Positions 11,445 through 22,649 of a DNA stretch of 64,000 nucleotides are shown here, piece by piece. The position numbers and the translations under genes are program-made. Position 1 is the stretch's first letter. Every line of letters starts with the position of its first letter. The stretch covers positions 45,465,404 to 45,529,403 of the forward strand of contig NC_081379.1 of NCBI RefSeq assembly GCF_030684315.1, given 5' to 3'. Source of the stretch: Stegostoma tigrinum (taxonomy: Eukaryota). A model generated the notes under the pieces. It worked only from the letters and a program-made list of their open reading frames with translations. It searched no databases and was not told where the DNA came from.

Positions 11445-12510
11445 CACATTGTCGCTGCAGAAAGAACTGGAGTGACGTCACAGGGAAACTGTGACCTGAT
11501 TGTCTGGTAAGAAATCTGTACTAAATTTGAAAAAGAACATGGCAAAGACGTATTAATAAATTAATTTATTCTTTAATAGTTTCATGTAAATGAAGAAAGT
11601 AACTAGCTTAGTCGAGCTGCCTGGGCAGGTGATGCGCTGTCACTGTATGATGTGGCTGTTGGTAGTTCCCATTGCGAGCTGCTGTGACCACATCTGCAGC
11701 AAATGGGGGTTGCTCAAGGGACTTCAGTTCAGAGTTGATGAGCTGGAATCTGAGCATCAAGCACTATGGCACACCGGGGAGGGGAGATGTACGTGGATAC
11801 TTTGAGGAGGCAGTCACACCTGGTAGATTAAATACTTCAAAATTCAGTCAGTGATCAGGGACAGCAGGGTGTGATTGTAAGTGAGGCTGTTAGGGGGCTC
11901 CCGAATTCAGGAACAGAGGAGCCTCAGCTCTTGACCTTGCCCAATAGGTACAAGGTACTTGCTCCCTGTGAGAAAGATGCACTGTGGTACAGGAGGCCAT
12001 TCAAGAGGGGGGAGCAAAAAGATAAGTGGTAGCTGAAGGGAACCTTATGACTAAGGGGATTGATAGCATCCTTCGTAAACAGGATTGAGAGTCCCGCATG
12101 GCCTGTTGCCTGCCTATTGCTAAGGTGAGGGATATCTCTGACTGGCTTGAAAGAATATTGGAGCAGGAGGGCAAGGATCCAATTGTTGTGGTCCAAACTG
12201 GGATAAATGACATGGACTAGGAAGGAGCATCTGTTTGGGGATTATCAAGCACTAGCAATGAAATTAAGGAACGGTCCTCAAGGGTAATAATCTCCAGATT
12301 ACTACCCAAGCCATGTGCACATTGGTTTAGGAATAAGAAAATTAGGGAAGTAAACACATGGCTATAGGAGTGGTGTGGAAAAGAGTGTTCCATTACTTGG
12401 GACATTATGATTAGTTTTGGAATAGGAAGAGTGGTTGGGACCATTGGGCCGGTTTCCACCTGAACCAATCTGGAATCAGTGTTCCAGTGAGAAAGATAAA
12501 TAGGGTGGCT
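11445..12510 (+). mobile_element. CR1 LINE 5' UTR and decayed ORF1 (zinc finger/leucine zipper plus SGNH esterase)
   Basis: GQVMRCHCMMW...DHICSKW...LQFRVDELESE at ~11620-11770; esterase-like ACCLPIAKVRDISDWLERILEQEGKDPIVVVQTGIND at ~12100-12210; disrupted by stops and frameshifts. Confidence 0.85.
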
Positions 12511-12764
12511 GGCTCTGCTGTACAGAAAGGCGGGAAAAAGAGTGGAAGAGCTATAGTCACAGGGGATTCGATTGTGACAACAATAAACCAAGCCCAAGTA
12601 AATCAATTACTACTCAGTGGGTGGCCTACCTCCATCCATTTGAAGTCGGGAACTGAAGGCCACCTAATGGCTTCAGTGCACTACTGCTGATATTCTACTC
12701 TCATCAGTGGGAGGCCATCTGCGTATAAGAAGCCCAGCAGCTTTTGCTATCCATTTGTTCGGTG

Positions 12765-15700
12765 GCAGGAGTTGGGAGAGAGAGCGTGAGGGGACTACCG
12801 GAAAAGTGAGCTTTTCATTTTGGCAGTGGAGCTGAGTGGGAGCACTCTGGGAATTGCACTCTGGGAAGGTGAGTGAACTGATATATTTGGGCAGTGGCTA
12901 AACCCGAAACTGTGGTGTGTTGATAAGGTAAAGTTTTTCCTTTTGTTTGTTTTTTATCGTGTACTGGTAAGTCGAGTGATTGGGAAAGATATTTTCAATT
13001 CGTTTATCTAATATTTGATATTATAGTAGGACTAAGCTAAGCTTAAGAGTAAAAATGGCAGGAAATCATGTTATGCTCCTCTTGGTCAATGTGGGAGCTC
13101 AGGGATGCGGCTGATGTCCCTGACTCCTTCTTCATGTGCAGGAGGTGTGTGTAGCTGTAGCTCTTGTTAGACCGCATGACGGCTCTGGAGCTGCGGATAG
13201 ACTGACTTTGGAGCATCCCCGATTCTGAGGGGGTCGTGGATAGCACGTTTAGCAAATTGGTCACACCACAGATTAGGATCACTGAGGGAGAAAGGGAATG
13301 GGTGACCAAAAGGCAGAGAAAAAGCAGGAAAGCAGTCCAAGTGTCCACTGCGGTCATCTCCCTCCAAAACAGGTATACCGTTTTGGATACTGTTGGGGGA
13401 AATGGCTCACCAGGGGAAGGCAACTGTAAGCCAGGTTCATGGCTCACTTTAAGCTAGTGAGTTGGGGGTAGGGAAGGGGAAAACGACTGGAAGTATAATG
13501 ATAAAAAGAAAAGAAAGCAGCGGGTTAACATGTGTGCAGGAGGGTTTAACTAAATTGAAGTCTATGAAAGAAGTTAAAAGGAAGGAAAACTCAGGAGATA
13601 ATATTAATGGAGATGTTAGACTCCAAAAAGAAAGTAAAATCTAGCATAAAGGCACTTTGCCTGAATGCTTGTAGTATTCAAAACAAGATAGATGAGTTAA
13701 TGGCATAAATCATTACGAGTGAGGGTAGCCGTTATAAAGATAAAACGGTGTGAAGCTGGATGAGCACAGCAGGCCAAGAAAGGTCTCAACCCAAAATGTC
13801 AGCTTTCCTGCTCCTCTGCTGCTTGGCCTGCTGTGTTCATCCAGCTTCACACTGTTTTATCTCAGATTCTTCAACATCAGCAGCTCCTACTATCTCTGTA
13901 GCCATTATAAAGACATTGTTGCAGGATGGTCATGACTCGGAAGTAATTATCCAGGGGTACCAGGCTGTTTGGAAGGATGGACAGGAAGGTAAAGGGTGTG
14001 GCGTAGCTCTGATATTTAAGGATAACATCAGGGTGTCGTGAGAGATGATGTAAGCAAGATGGAGAGTAAGATTGAATCCATTTGGTTGAAAATTAAAATT
14101 TCTAAGAAAAAAAGGTCACTGATCCGAGTAGTCTATGGGCCACTAAGTAATAACATCAAATAGGGGCAGGCAATAAACAAAGAAATAATGAATGCCTGCA
14201 AAAATAGTACAGCAATTGTCTGGGGGTTTTAATTTACATGTCGGCTCCTGGAACCAGGTCAGTCAAGGCAGCCTTTTGGAGGAGTTCATTGAATGTATCT
14301 GCAATAGTTTTATTGAACAGTATGCATTGGAACTGATGACGCAGCAAGCTATCCTAGATCAGGCCCTGTGTCATGAGACAGGAATAATTAATGATCTCAG
14401 AGTTAGGAATCCGCTTGGAAGGAGCAATCACAGTATGGTTGAATTTAGAATAAGATGGAATGTGAGAAGATAATATCCAATATCAGGGTCCTGTGCTTAA
14501 ACAAAGGAGATGACAATAGGATGAGGGAGGAGGTGGCTAAAGTAGACTGGAAGCATAGACTTAATGGTGGGACAGTTGAGGACAATGGAGGACTTTCAAA
14601 GCAGTTTTTCAAAGTGCTCAGCAAAAGTATGTACTAGTGAAAAGGAAGGACTGTAGAAAAAAGGATAATCAGCCATGGATCGCTCGGAAATAAGGGAGGC
14701 TATCAAATTAAAAGACCAGGCATACAAAGTGCCAAAGACCAGTGGGAAACTAAAAATTAGGAAAATTTTAAAGGTCAACAGAAAGCCACAAAAAAGCTAT
14801 AGAGCAAAATGAGATAGATTATGAAAGTAAACTAGCTCCGAATATAAAGACAGATAGCTAAAGTTTCTACAAATATATAGAGTGAAAAAGAGTGACTAAG
14901 GTAAACAATTAGAGGATGAGAAGGAGGATTTAATAATGGGAAATGAGGAAATAGCCAAAGCATTGAACAGATATTTTGTTTTGGTCTTCACAATGGAAAA
15001 CACGAATAACAAGCCAGTAGTTGATGACAAAGAGGCTAAGGTAGGTGAGTACCTCAAAATGACCATAATCACGAAAGAGGCAATGTTAGACAATCTAATG
15101 GAGCTAAAGGTAGACAAGTCTCCTGCCCCTGATGGAATGCATCCTAAAGTACAAAAAGAGATGGCAGGAGAAATAACAAATGCGCTCATGGTAATTTTCC
15201 AAAGTTCGCTGGACTCTGGGGCAGTTTCAGTAGATTGGAAAATAGCAAATGTGATGCTACTGGTTAAAAAAGGAAGTAGACAAAAGATGGGGAATTATGG
15301 GGCAGTCAGCTTAATTTTTGTGGTGAACAAAAATGCTTGAACCTATCGTTAAGGGAGAAATGGCAAGACATCTAGATAGAAATTGTCCTATTTTTCATGA
15401 AGGGTAGGTAATGTTTAACTAATTTACTGGAATTCTATGAAGACATTACGAGCCTGGTAGACAATGGGGACCCAGTAGATGTGGTGTATCTAGATTTCCA
15501 AACGGCATTTGACAAGGTGCTGCACAAAAGGCTGCAGCATAAGATAAAGGTGCGAAACATTACAAACAATGTATTAGCGTGGATAGAGGATTGGTTAACT
15601 AACAGGAAGCAAAGAGTGAGGATAAATGAGTGTTTTTCTGGTTAGCAATCAGTGACTAGTAGTGTGCCTCACGGTCAGTGCTGGGATTGTAATTGTTTAC

Positions 15701-16625
15701 AATTTACATAGATAATTTGGAGTTGTAGTGTGTCAGAATTTGCTGATAACACATGATGAGTAGTAGAGCAAAGTATGCAGGGGGCTCTGAAAGTTTGCAG
15801 AGGGATATAGATAGTTTAAGTGAGTGGGTAAAGGTCTGGCAGAGGGAGTATAATAGTGAAATATAAATGTGAAGTCACCCATTTTAGTAGGAATAGTAAA
15901 AAGGCCAATACATGAATGGTAAAAAATTGCAGTATGCTGCTATGCAAAAGGACCTGGGTGTCCTTGTGCACTAATCATAGATATTAGTTTGCAGGTGCAA
16001 CTGATAATTGAGAAGACAAATGGAATTTTGTCCTTCATTACTGGAGGGTTTGAGTTTAAAAGCAGGGAGGTTATGTTGCAGTTATATATGGTGCTGGTGA
16101 GGCCACAGGAGAAAGATTGTAATGTGACTGGATGGGGTGCAGAGGAGAATCAACAGGTTGATTCCAGAGTTGAGTGCATTGGTTTATGAAGAGAGATGGA
16201 GTAGATTGAGATTATATTCATTGGAATTTAGATGAATGACCGTGTATCTTATAGAAACATACAAAATGATGAAAGGAATCGATAAGATAGAAGCAGGGAG
16301 GATGTTTCCACTGGCAGGTGAAACTGGAACTAGGGGACATAACCTCAAAATTGGAGGCAGCAGGTTTAGGCTGAATTGAGGAGGAATTTCTTCACCTGAA
16401 GTGTAGTGAATCTGTGGGATTCCTTGCCTAGTGAAGTAGTTGAGGCTTCTTCACTGCTAAGATAGATAATTTTTTTGAACAGTAAAGGAATTAAGGGTTA
16501 TGATGAGGGGGTGGGTAAGTGGAGCTGAGACCATGAAAAGATCAACCATGATCTTATTGAATAGCCGAACAGGCTCGAAGGGCAAGAAACCTACTTCTGC
16601 TCCTGGTTCTTATGTTCTTATGTTT
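12765..16625 (+). mobile_element. Near full-length degenerate CR1 LINE (5' UTR, partial ORF1, ORF2 APE endonuclease and RT, 3' tail)
   Basis: ORF1 N-terminus MAGNH...ISLQNRYTVLDTVGG; endonuclease GKGCGVALIFK and PLGRSNHSMVEF; RT KSPAPDGMHP, YLDFQTAFDKV and FADNT; tail (ttatgttc)n at 16610-16625. Confidence 0.9.
13741..13897. mobile_element. PLE terminal-repeat insertion with inverted 5' part, inside the CR1 endonuclease region
   Basis: 16-bp TSD gtagcc(g/a)ttataaaga at 13725-13740 and 13898-13913; inverted arms gtgtgaagctggatgagcacagcaggccaag / cttggcctgctgtgttcatccagcttcacac. Confidence 0.85.
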
Positions 16626-17579
16626 TGAAGTGGACATCTATTGCTATTTTATGGATATGAATTGGCAATGGAGAGGGAAAGCTATCTCTGGGCTTTCCTG
16701 GCATGAACTGAATTAAGAATGAGGCGTGCGGTGGTAGAGACCAAACCAATCAGTTTTCTGCTGATTAAATTCCTCTCTCAGCACCATATGAAAGGAATAA
16801 GATTCTCAAACATATTAGATCTTCATCTTGAACGGTTGAATGCTAAACATCGCCAAAGAAGAGTGTAGAGACGAAGTTTTCACCAAGATCGTCATATGGA
16901 ACCTTACAGAGCTCCTCTGCAGTGAAAAAAAAATCAGATCAATTTGGTTACAGGCTAGTGAGCATCCCAACCAGATTTTCTTTTTGCATGTGATGAAGAC
17001 AAAAGTCTACTTTAATGATTTGTTGTTATTGTTGGAGGAAGACTAGAAGTTAAATTTGTGTCCTTTAGGCTGACAAGAATGAGAAGATGCACCAAATCGT
17101 AAAAAAATGTTTGCCACCTGTAATGAAGCATTTTCCCACTCAACAATCCTCTCTAATGAAGGCTGTCTTCCCCGCTATGTACTTTCACCACATAACATCA
17201 CTTTGCCACTTCTCCAGGGCCAGCAAAAGTAGAAACAATCCCAGTCTCTGAACTCATGCACTGTCACTGATTATGAATGATGACTGTGGTGTTTGCACAA
17301 ACAATGCTTCAGTGAATGAATGGCTGATCTATGAAACAGATGCCCCTAGACAATGGAAGCAGTTAGTGTATTGTTTCATTCAATTGCATTTTAAATAAAT
17401 TTCCTTCAGAAAATGATTCCCAAAGCTGTCACCTTTGGGATTTATTGTAACCTGTCTTGACTTGGAATATAGCAACTTATTTGAAAGATATTGATTGCTA
17501 TGATGAGTCAACATTTCAATTACAGTTATATCATGTGAGTCAGTATCAGGATGACAGAACGTGAACCAGATGGACTATG

Positions 17580-17637
17580 GGATAACAAAGTGTGGAGCTG
17601 GATGAACACAGCAGGCCAAGCAGCATCTTAGGAGCTT
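17580..17637 (-). mobile_element. PLE terminal-repeat fragment
   Basis: gataacaaagtgtggagctggatgaacacagcaggccaagcagcatc matches 40893-40940 and 59500-59546. Confidence 0.75.
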
Positions 17638-17814
17638 TTTAATCTAGCAGTTGCTAGGTCTGATGATACCGGGAATATTCAAGCAAAATCATGTAGGAAC
17701 TCCAGTCTAGTTCTAAGAAAGTCTCTAATTCTAAAGAAAACTTTAGTAACAAACGTTGTTGAACTTAAGTTTTTTTTATACAAATAAACAAACACATCTA
17801 TCATATCTAATATA

Positions 17815-17900
17815 GCAGCAAATGCTGGAAATTTTTAGCAGGACAGGTAGAATCTGTGGAGAGAATGTTTTTCAGGTCAATGACCTTTCATCAGAGCTGC
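17815..17900 (-). mobile_element. PLE-derived repeat with a hammerhead core
   Basis: Reverse complement reads CTGATGA-A-AGGTCATTGACCT-GAAA followed by ctctccacagattctacctgtcctgct. Confidence 0.65.
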
Positions 17901-18249
17901 TAAAAGCTAGCGATGTTATAAGATTCTTGAAGAAAGCGAAATTGAGCAAGGGGGAAGCTCAGTATCATACTTGCAGACTGAGCAGAGGTTGTTGCTTGGC
18001 ATTTTATTTCTCTTCGTTTCTCCATTTTTGACCTTTCTGTCCTGATCCTTCGGAGGTGTTCCAATGAAGTTTCACAAGCTCAAGGAGGCACTTTACAGTC
18101 TTCTGGATTCAACTTTATGTTCCATAATCTCAGGTTTTAACATTGTTTTCTGTCATTTTGTTTCTTTTTCCTTTGTTGGCATTGTTTTTGCCCTTTCTTT
18201 TTGATTTTTTTTTTTTGCTTCTCTGGTATGGGTTGCTCCAGCAATTGAG

Positions 18250-18930
18250 GACTTAAGAATGGTACTGAAAATTGGAATTATTAGCAAACATTCCGATTTC
18301 TGACTTTGCGATAGAAGGAAGGTCATTGATGTAGCAGCTGAATATGATTGTGCCTGAGGTATTGCCCTGAGAAACTAGGGTTCTTATGGCACCATGATAC
18401 TGTCTCTACCCTGGGCCAGGAGGTCTGGGTTCAAATCCCACCTGCTCCAGAGATGTACAATGACATTTCTGAGCAGGTTAATGAGAAGATATCTACCCTG
18501 AGACGCTCCTGCAGCTTATGGCACAGGGCTAAGGTGATTGACCTCCAACAACCACAACCATCTTCCTTCATGTTAGTTTATGAATCTAACCGGTGGAGAA
18601 ATTTTTCCCCAGTTCCTATTTATTTCAATTTTGCTTGAGCCCCTTGATGCCACATTCAACAAATGTTGCCTTCATGATAATGCAGCCACTGTCACCACAC
18701 TACTGGAATTCTTGCATATTTAGACCAAAGCAGTAATGAGGCCCAGAACTGAGTGGCCCTGGTGGAACCCAAACTGAGCCTCAGTGAGTAGCTGCTGCTG
18801 AGTAATTGTTGCTTGATAGTACTACTGACAATTCCTTCCACCATTTTGATGGTGGGTGAGGGTAGACTGATGGAGCAGTGATTGGATTTCTCTTGCTTTT
18901 TGTGGACAGGGCATGTCATTTGTGCTCCTC
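18250..18930 (-). mobile_element. Family B LINE RT fragment interrupted by a SINE at 18378-18495 (+)
   Basis: Similar to 53990-54620; the SINE has B box GGTTCAAATCC and is flanked by the direct repeat ccctgaga. Confidence 0.7.
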
Positions 18931-18934
18931 CCAA

Positions 18935-19900
18935 AACATAGAAGATAGGAGTAGGAGGTGGCCATTCGACTCTTCAAACCTCCGCCGCCAATCTTCACAA
19001 TCATGGCTGATCGACCAACTCAATAACCTAATCCTGCTTCCTTCCCATAACCTTTGATACTATTCATTCCAAGTGCTATATCTACTTGCCTCTTGAATAC
19101 ATTCAATGTTTTGGCATCAACTACTTCCTCTGGTAATGAATTCCACAGGCTCACCACTCTTTGGGTGAGGAAATGTCTCCTCTTCTCTGTCCTACATTGT
19201 CTATTCTGTTTCCTCATACAGTGACCCCTGGTTCTAGACACACCTACCATAGGGAACATCCTCCCTGCATCTACCCTGTCAAGAACTATTAGAATTTGAT
19301 AAGTCTGTATGAGATGCCCCCTCATTTGTCTGAACTCCAGTGAAAACAATCCCAAACTAGTCAATCTCTCTCTTTTGTCAGACCTGCCATCCATGAAATC
19401 AGCCTGGTTAACCTTCACTTGTGTTTTCTCAAGAGCAGGAGCATCCTTCCTCAGGAAAAGAGACTGAAATTGCACATAATATTCCAGGTGTGGTCTCACC
19501 AAAGCCCTATATAACTGCAATAACACATCCCTGCTGCTGTACTCGAAACCTCTCACAATGAAGGCCAACCTACCATTTGCTTTCTTTACCACCAGCTGCA
19601 CCTGCATGTTTACCTTCAGCAACACCCAGGTCCCACTGCGCACTCCCCCTCTCCCAATTTTCAGTCATTCAAGTAGCAATCTGTCTTATTGTTTTTGCTT
19701 CTGAAGTGATTAACCTCACATTTATCCAAATTATGCTGCATCTGCCATTGATTTGCCCACTCACCCAACTTGTCCAGATCACACTGAAAGATCTCTGCAT
19801 CCTCGCAGTTCACTCTCCCATCCAACTTTGTGTAATCTGTAAACTTGGAGAATGTTACATTTTGTTTCCTCATTCAAATCATTGATATATAATGTGAAAG
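18935..19900 (-). mobile_element. CR1 LINE 3' portion (RT C-terminus)
   Basis: ORFs 19661..19873 (SKFTDYTKL...WQMQHNLDKCEV) and 19020..19643 (LYRALVRPHLEY). Confidence 0.92.
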
Positions 19901-20097
19901 AAGGTCCTTGGATGCTTCATCCTGAGCGATGTGTCTTGCCAGTTTTTTGCCCTTGGCGAGAAGGCTGCAATTGGAATGGGAATCAATTGACAGGACATAT
20001 CTGGGTAATTTACTGCATAGTTATGAGGCTTGCAGTTTGTTTAAAATCTGCTACACCCTTAACTTTCTTTTCAGAGTTTGATGGAAAGCTTCTGACT

Positions 20098-20403
20098 TCA
20101 TAGAATACCTACAGTGTGGAAGCAGGCCATTCAGCCTATCAAATCCACTGAAGACTGACCCACGCCCCTACCTTATCCCTGTAACCCTGCATTTCCCATG
20201 GCTAATCCACTTAGCCTGCACATCCCTGGACAGTATATCATGGCCAATCAGCCTAAATTAATCCATCTTTGGACTGCAGGAAGAAACCCGTGCAGACACA
20301 GGGAGAACTTGCAAACTCCACACAGTCACCCGACTGTGGAATTGAACCCAGGTCCTTAGCACTGTGATGCAGCAGTGCTAACCACTGAGCCACCGTACCA
20401 CCC
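20098..20403 (-). mobile_element. HE1/V-SINE-type SINE
   Basis: Reverse complement begins GGGTGGTACGGTGGCTCAGTGGTTAGCACTGCTG, followed by the B box and core. Confidence 0.9.
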
Positions 20404-21484
20404 TTAAAGCATAAACTCTGACTCTGTTTCCATAGTTACAGCCAGATCTGCTGAACATTTTTTTCATTTTCATTTTAGATTTCCAGTCTCTGCAGTATTG
20501 CATTTGTGTCTTATGCACAAGTAGGATAACTATCAGGGAGCGAAGCTGGTTCATGATCAAATTCAATGCCTTGAAGCACATTTATACTTTTGGTGATAGA
20601 CTATAAAGATGTAGCTTTGGAACCACGTGCTATTCCTTTGTCTAAAACTGACGGACCCGGACTTGAAACATTAACTCTGCTGTCTTGCCACTGATGTTGA
20701 CAGACCTGTTGAGGTTCTCCAGCAATTTACGTTTTTGTATCAGACAATGACTGTGGCCTGTCTTTCCACCATGTGTCTGATCCATCTGCTGCCATGGCAA
20801 CATGCCCATCCTTGAATATCTCTGTAAAATAAAAGATAAGGTAGAACATAATCAGCCTAATTTGAGGTGGCATGAATGTTTCAGTTGCTAAGAGGGTGCA
20901 AGTAATGATATTATGTACATTGAACAAAGCAATCATTGATGGAAGCTGTCTAATAGGAAGGAATTATGAAAAGGAAATTTGTTTGAGACTCCAGGGGAGC
21001 TGAGCTCTGAATACAAAGTCTGTTAAATTAGCTTTGTGAGTGAAAAGTAACATTGTTTGAATGGCAAATTAGAACATCATTAGATGAAATATTGCAAAGT
21101 TATGACCTTTGAACACAATATTCTTTGCTATAGCTTTCAGTTTTTATTGATGCAATCACCTAATAAGAAGCAGTGTCTGAGGCAAATGCCAGTGTACTTA
21201 ATTTTTATACATTTATAATTGAGAATCCTGGTTAGGGGTGTAACTTTTTTTTAGTTTTGCCTTTATGTTTGTAAAGTATGATTGACATTGTTTGGAATTT
21301 TCTATTTTTGAGACTAAATGTGAAAGTGGACCTAATAATGGGTGACACTTCTGCTTGATGCTAGGTTGGGTTTACTTGTACAATTACATTCTTCTCAGCT
21401 CATTTAAATATTCATGAAAAATACAACTTTTATGAGATGAAGGTCAGGAAACCCACCAGTAGCTTCCAGAATCCAATATCTAGG

Positions 21485-21531
21485 TACACACACTCATGCA
21501 CACACGTGCGCACACAAACACATATACACAC
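21485..21531. repeat. Degenerate (CA)n microsatellite
   Basis: acacacactcatgcacacacgtgcgcacacaaacacatatacacac. Confidence 0.7.
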
Positions 21532-21719
21532 TGAGGGTCAGTGATGGTCAGCAACCATGGGCAGGTCAAGACAGTGTAAGTCTACTAGAGGATGACGATC
21601 TGTGGCACTTTGTCAGGTAATGTACCTGTACTGAATGGTTCATGCTCCAATACGTGACTTGGGAGTAGCCAAGAAACTGAAGAAGTTTGTACTCACTGGA
21701 ACTTCAAGGAAGAAGCCAG

Positions 21720-21895
21720 GACGTTAAATGCCTTCAGGGCAGAGATCGATAAATTCTTGATCTCACAAGGAATCAAGGGCTACGGGGAGAGTGCAGGGAA
21801 GTGGAGTTGAAATGCCCATCAGCCATGATTTAAATGGCGGAGTGGACTCAATGGGCCGAATGGCCTTACTTCCACTCCTATGTCTTATGGTCTAA
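21720..21895 (+). mobile_element. CR1 LINE 3' end (short, 5'-truncated)
   Basis: ggaatcaagggctacggggagagtgcagggaagtggagttga...gggccgaatggccttacttccactcctatgtcttatggtct. Confidence 0.8.
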
Positions 21896-22139
21896 GTCTT
21901 TCCCACCTTTACCCGCCTCGTATATATACAGCCGTGTTTATGAACAATGTTTGTGAACATTTTTCTCATTTTCGACTAACAAGATTGTACCCATGAATTC
22001 ATGTAACACATGAATGTGGGCTGAGGCGTTAATGAACATTCACAACATGTTAATGAATACAATGCAGGTTCCTGTAAGGTCAGTAATACTGGCTTGTCTG
22101 AAAGCTTCGGAGAATGTAAAGCAAAACTTTAACTAGCTG

Positions 22140-22500
22140 TTGGGAAACAACAGCAAGAGTAGACCATTCAGTCCATTTCGCCATTCAGTCCATTTCACCA
22201 TTCAACATGATCCTGGCTGATCCTCTATATTAACTCCATAATCCTGCTGTCTCTCCATACTGCTTGATGCTTTTTGTCTCTAGTAATCAATTATGTTCTT
22301 AGAATTATGGAGTTATACAGCACAGAAACAGACCCTTCTATCCAACTTGTCTGCATCAACTGGATATCCTAAACTGATCTGTATCAACTGGATATCCTAA
22401 ACTGATCTAGTCTCATTTACCCACATTGGCCTGTATTCCTTTAACCCTTAATATTCATGTACGCATCCAATATCTTCCAAATGTTATAATTGTACTTACT
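22140..22500 (-). mobile_element. Two CR1 3'-end remnants carrying local 17-bp and 28-bp tandem duplications
   Basis: ccattcagtccatttc(g/a) repeated at 22164-22204; atcaactggatatcctaaactgatct repeated at 22355-22408. Confidence 0.6.
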
Positions 22501-22649
22501 GCAGGTTAAGAAACAGGAGCTGTGTTTTGGATTACCTCAAATTTACAGAGGATCAAACATGGGAAACAAGCCAGCAGTACGTTGATATAGCTGGATCTCG
22601 AGGTAACAAAGGTTTGAATAGGGCTTTAAGCAGCAGAGAGAGGGGCTAA

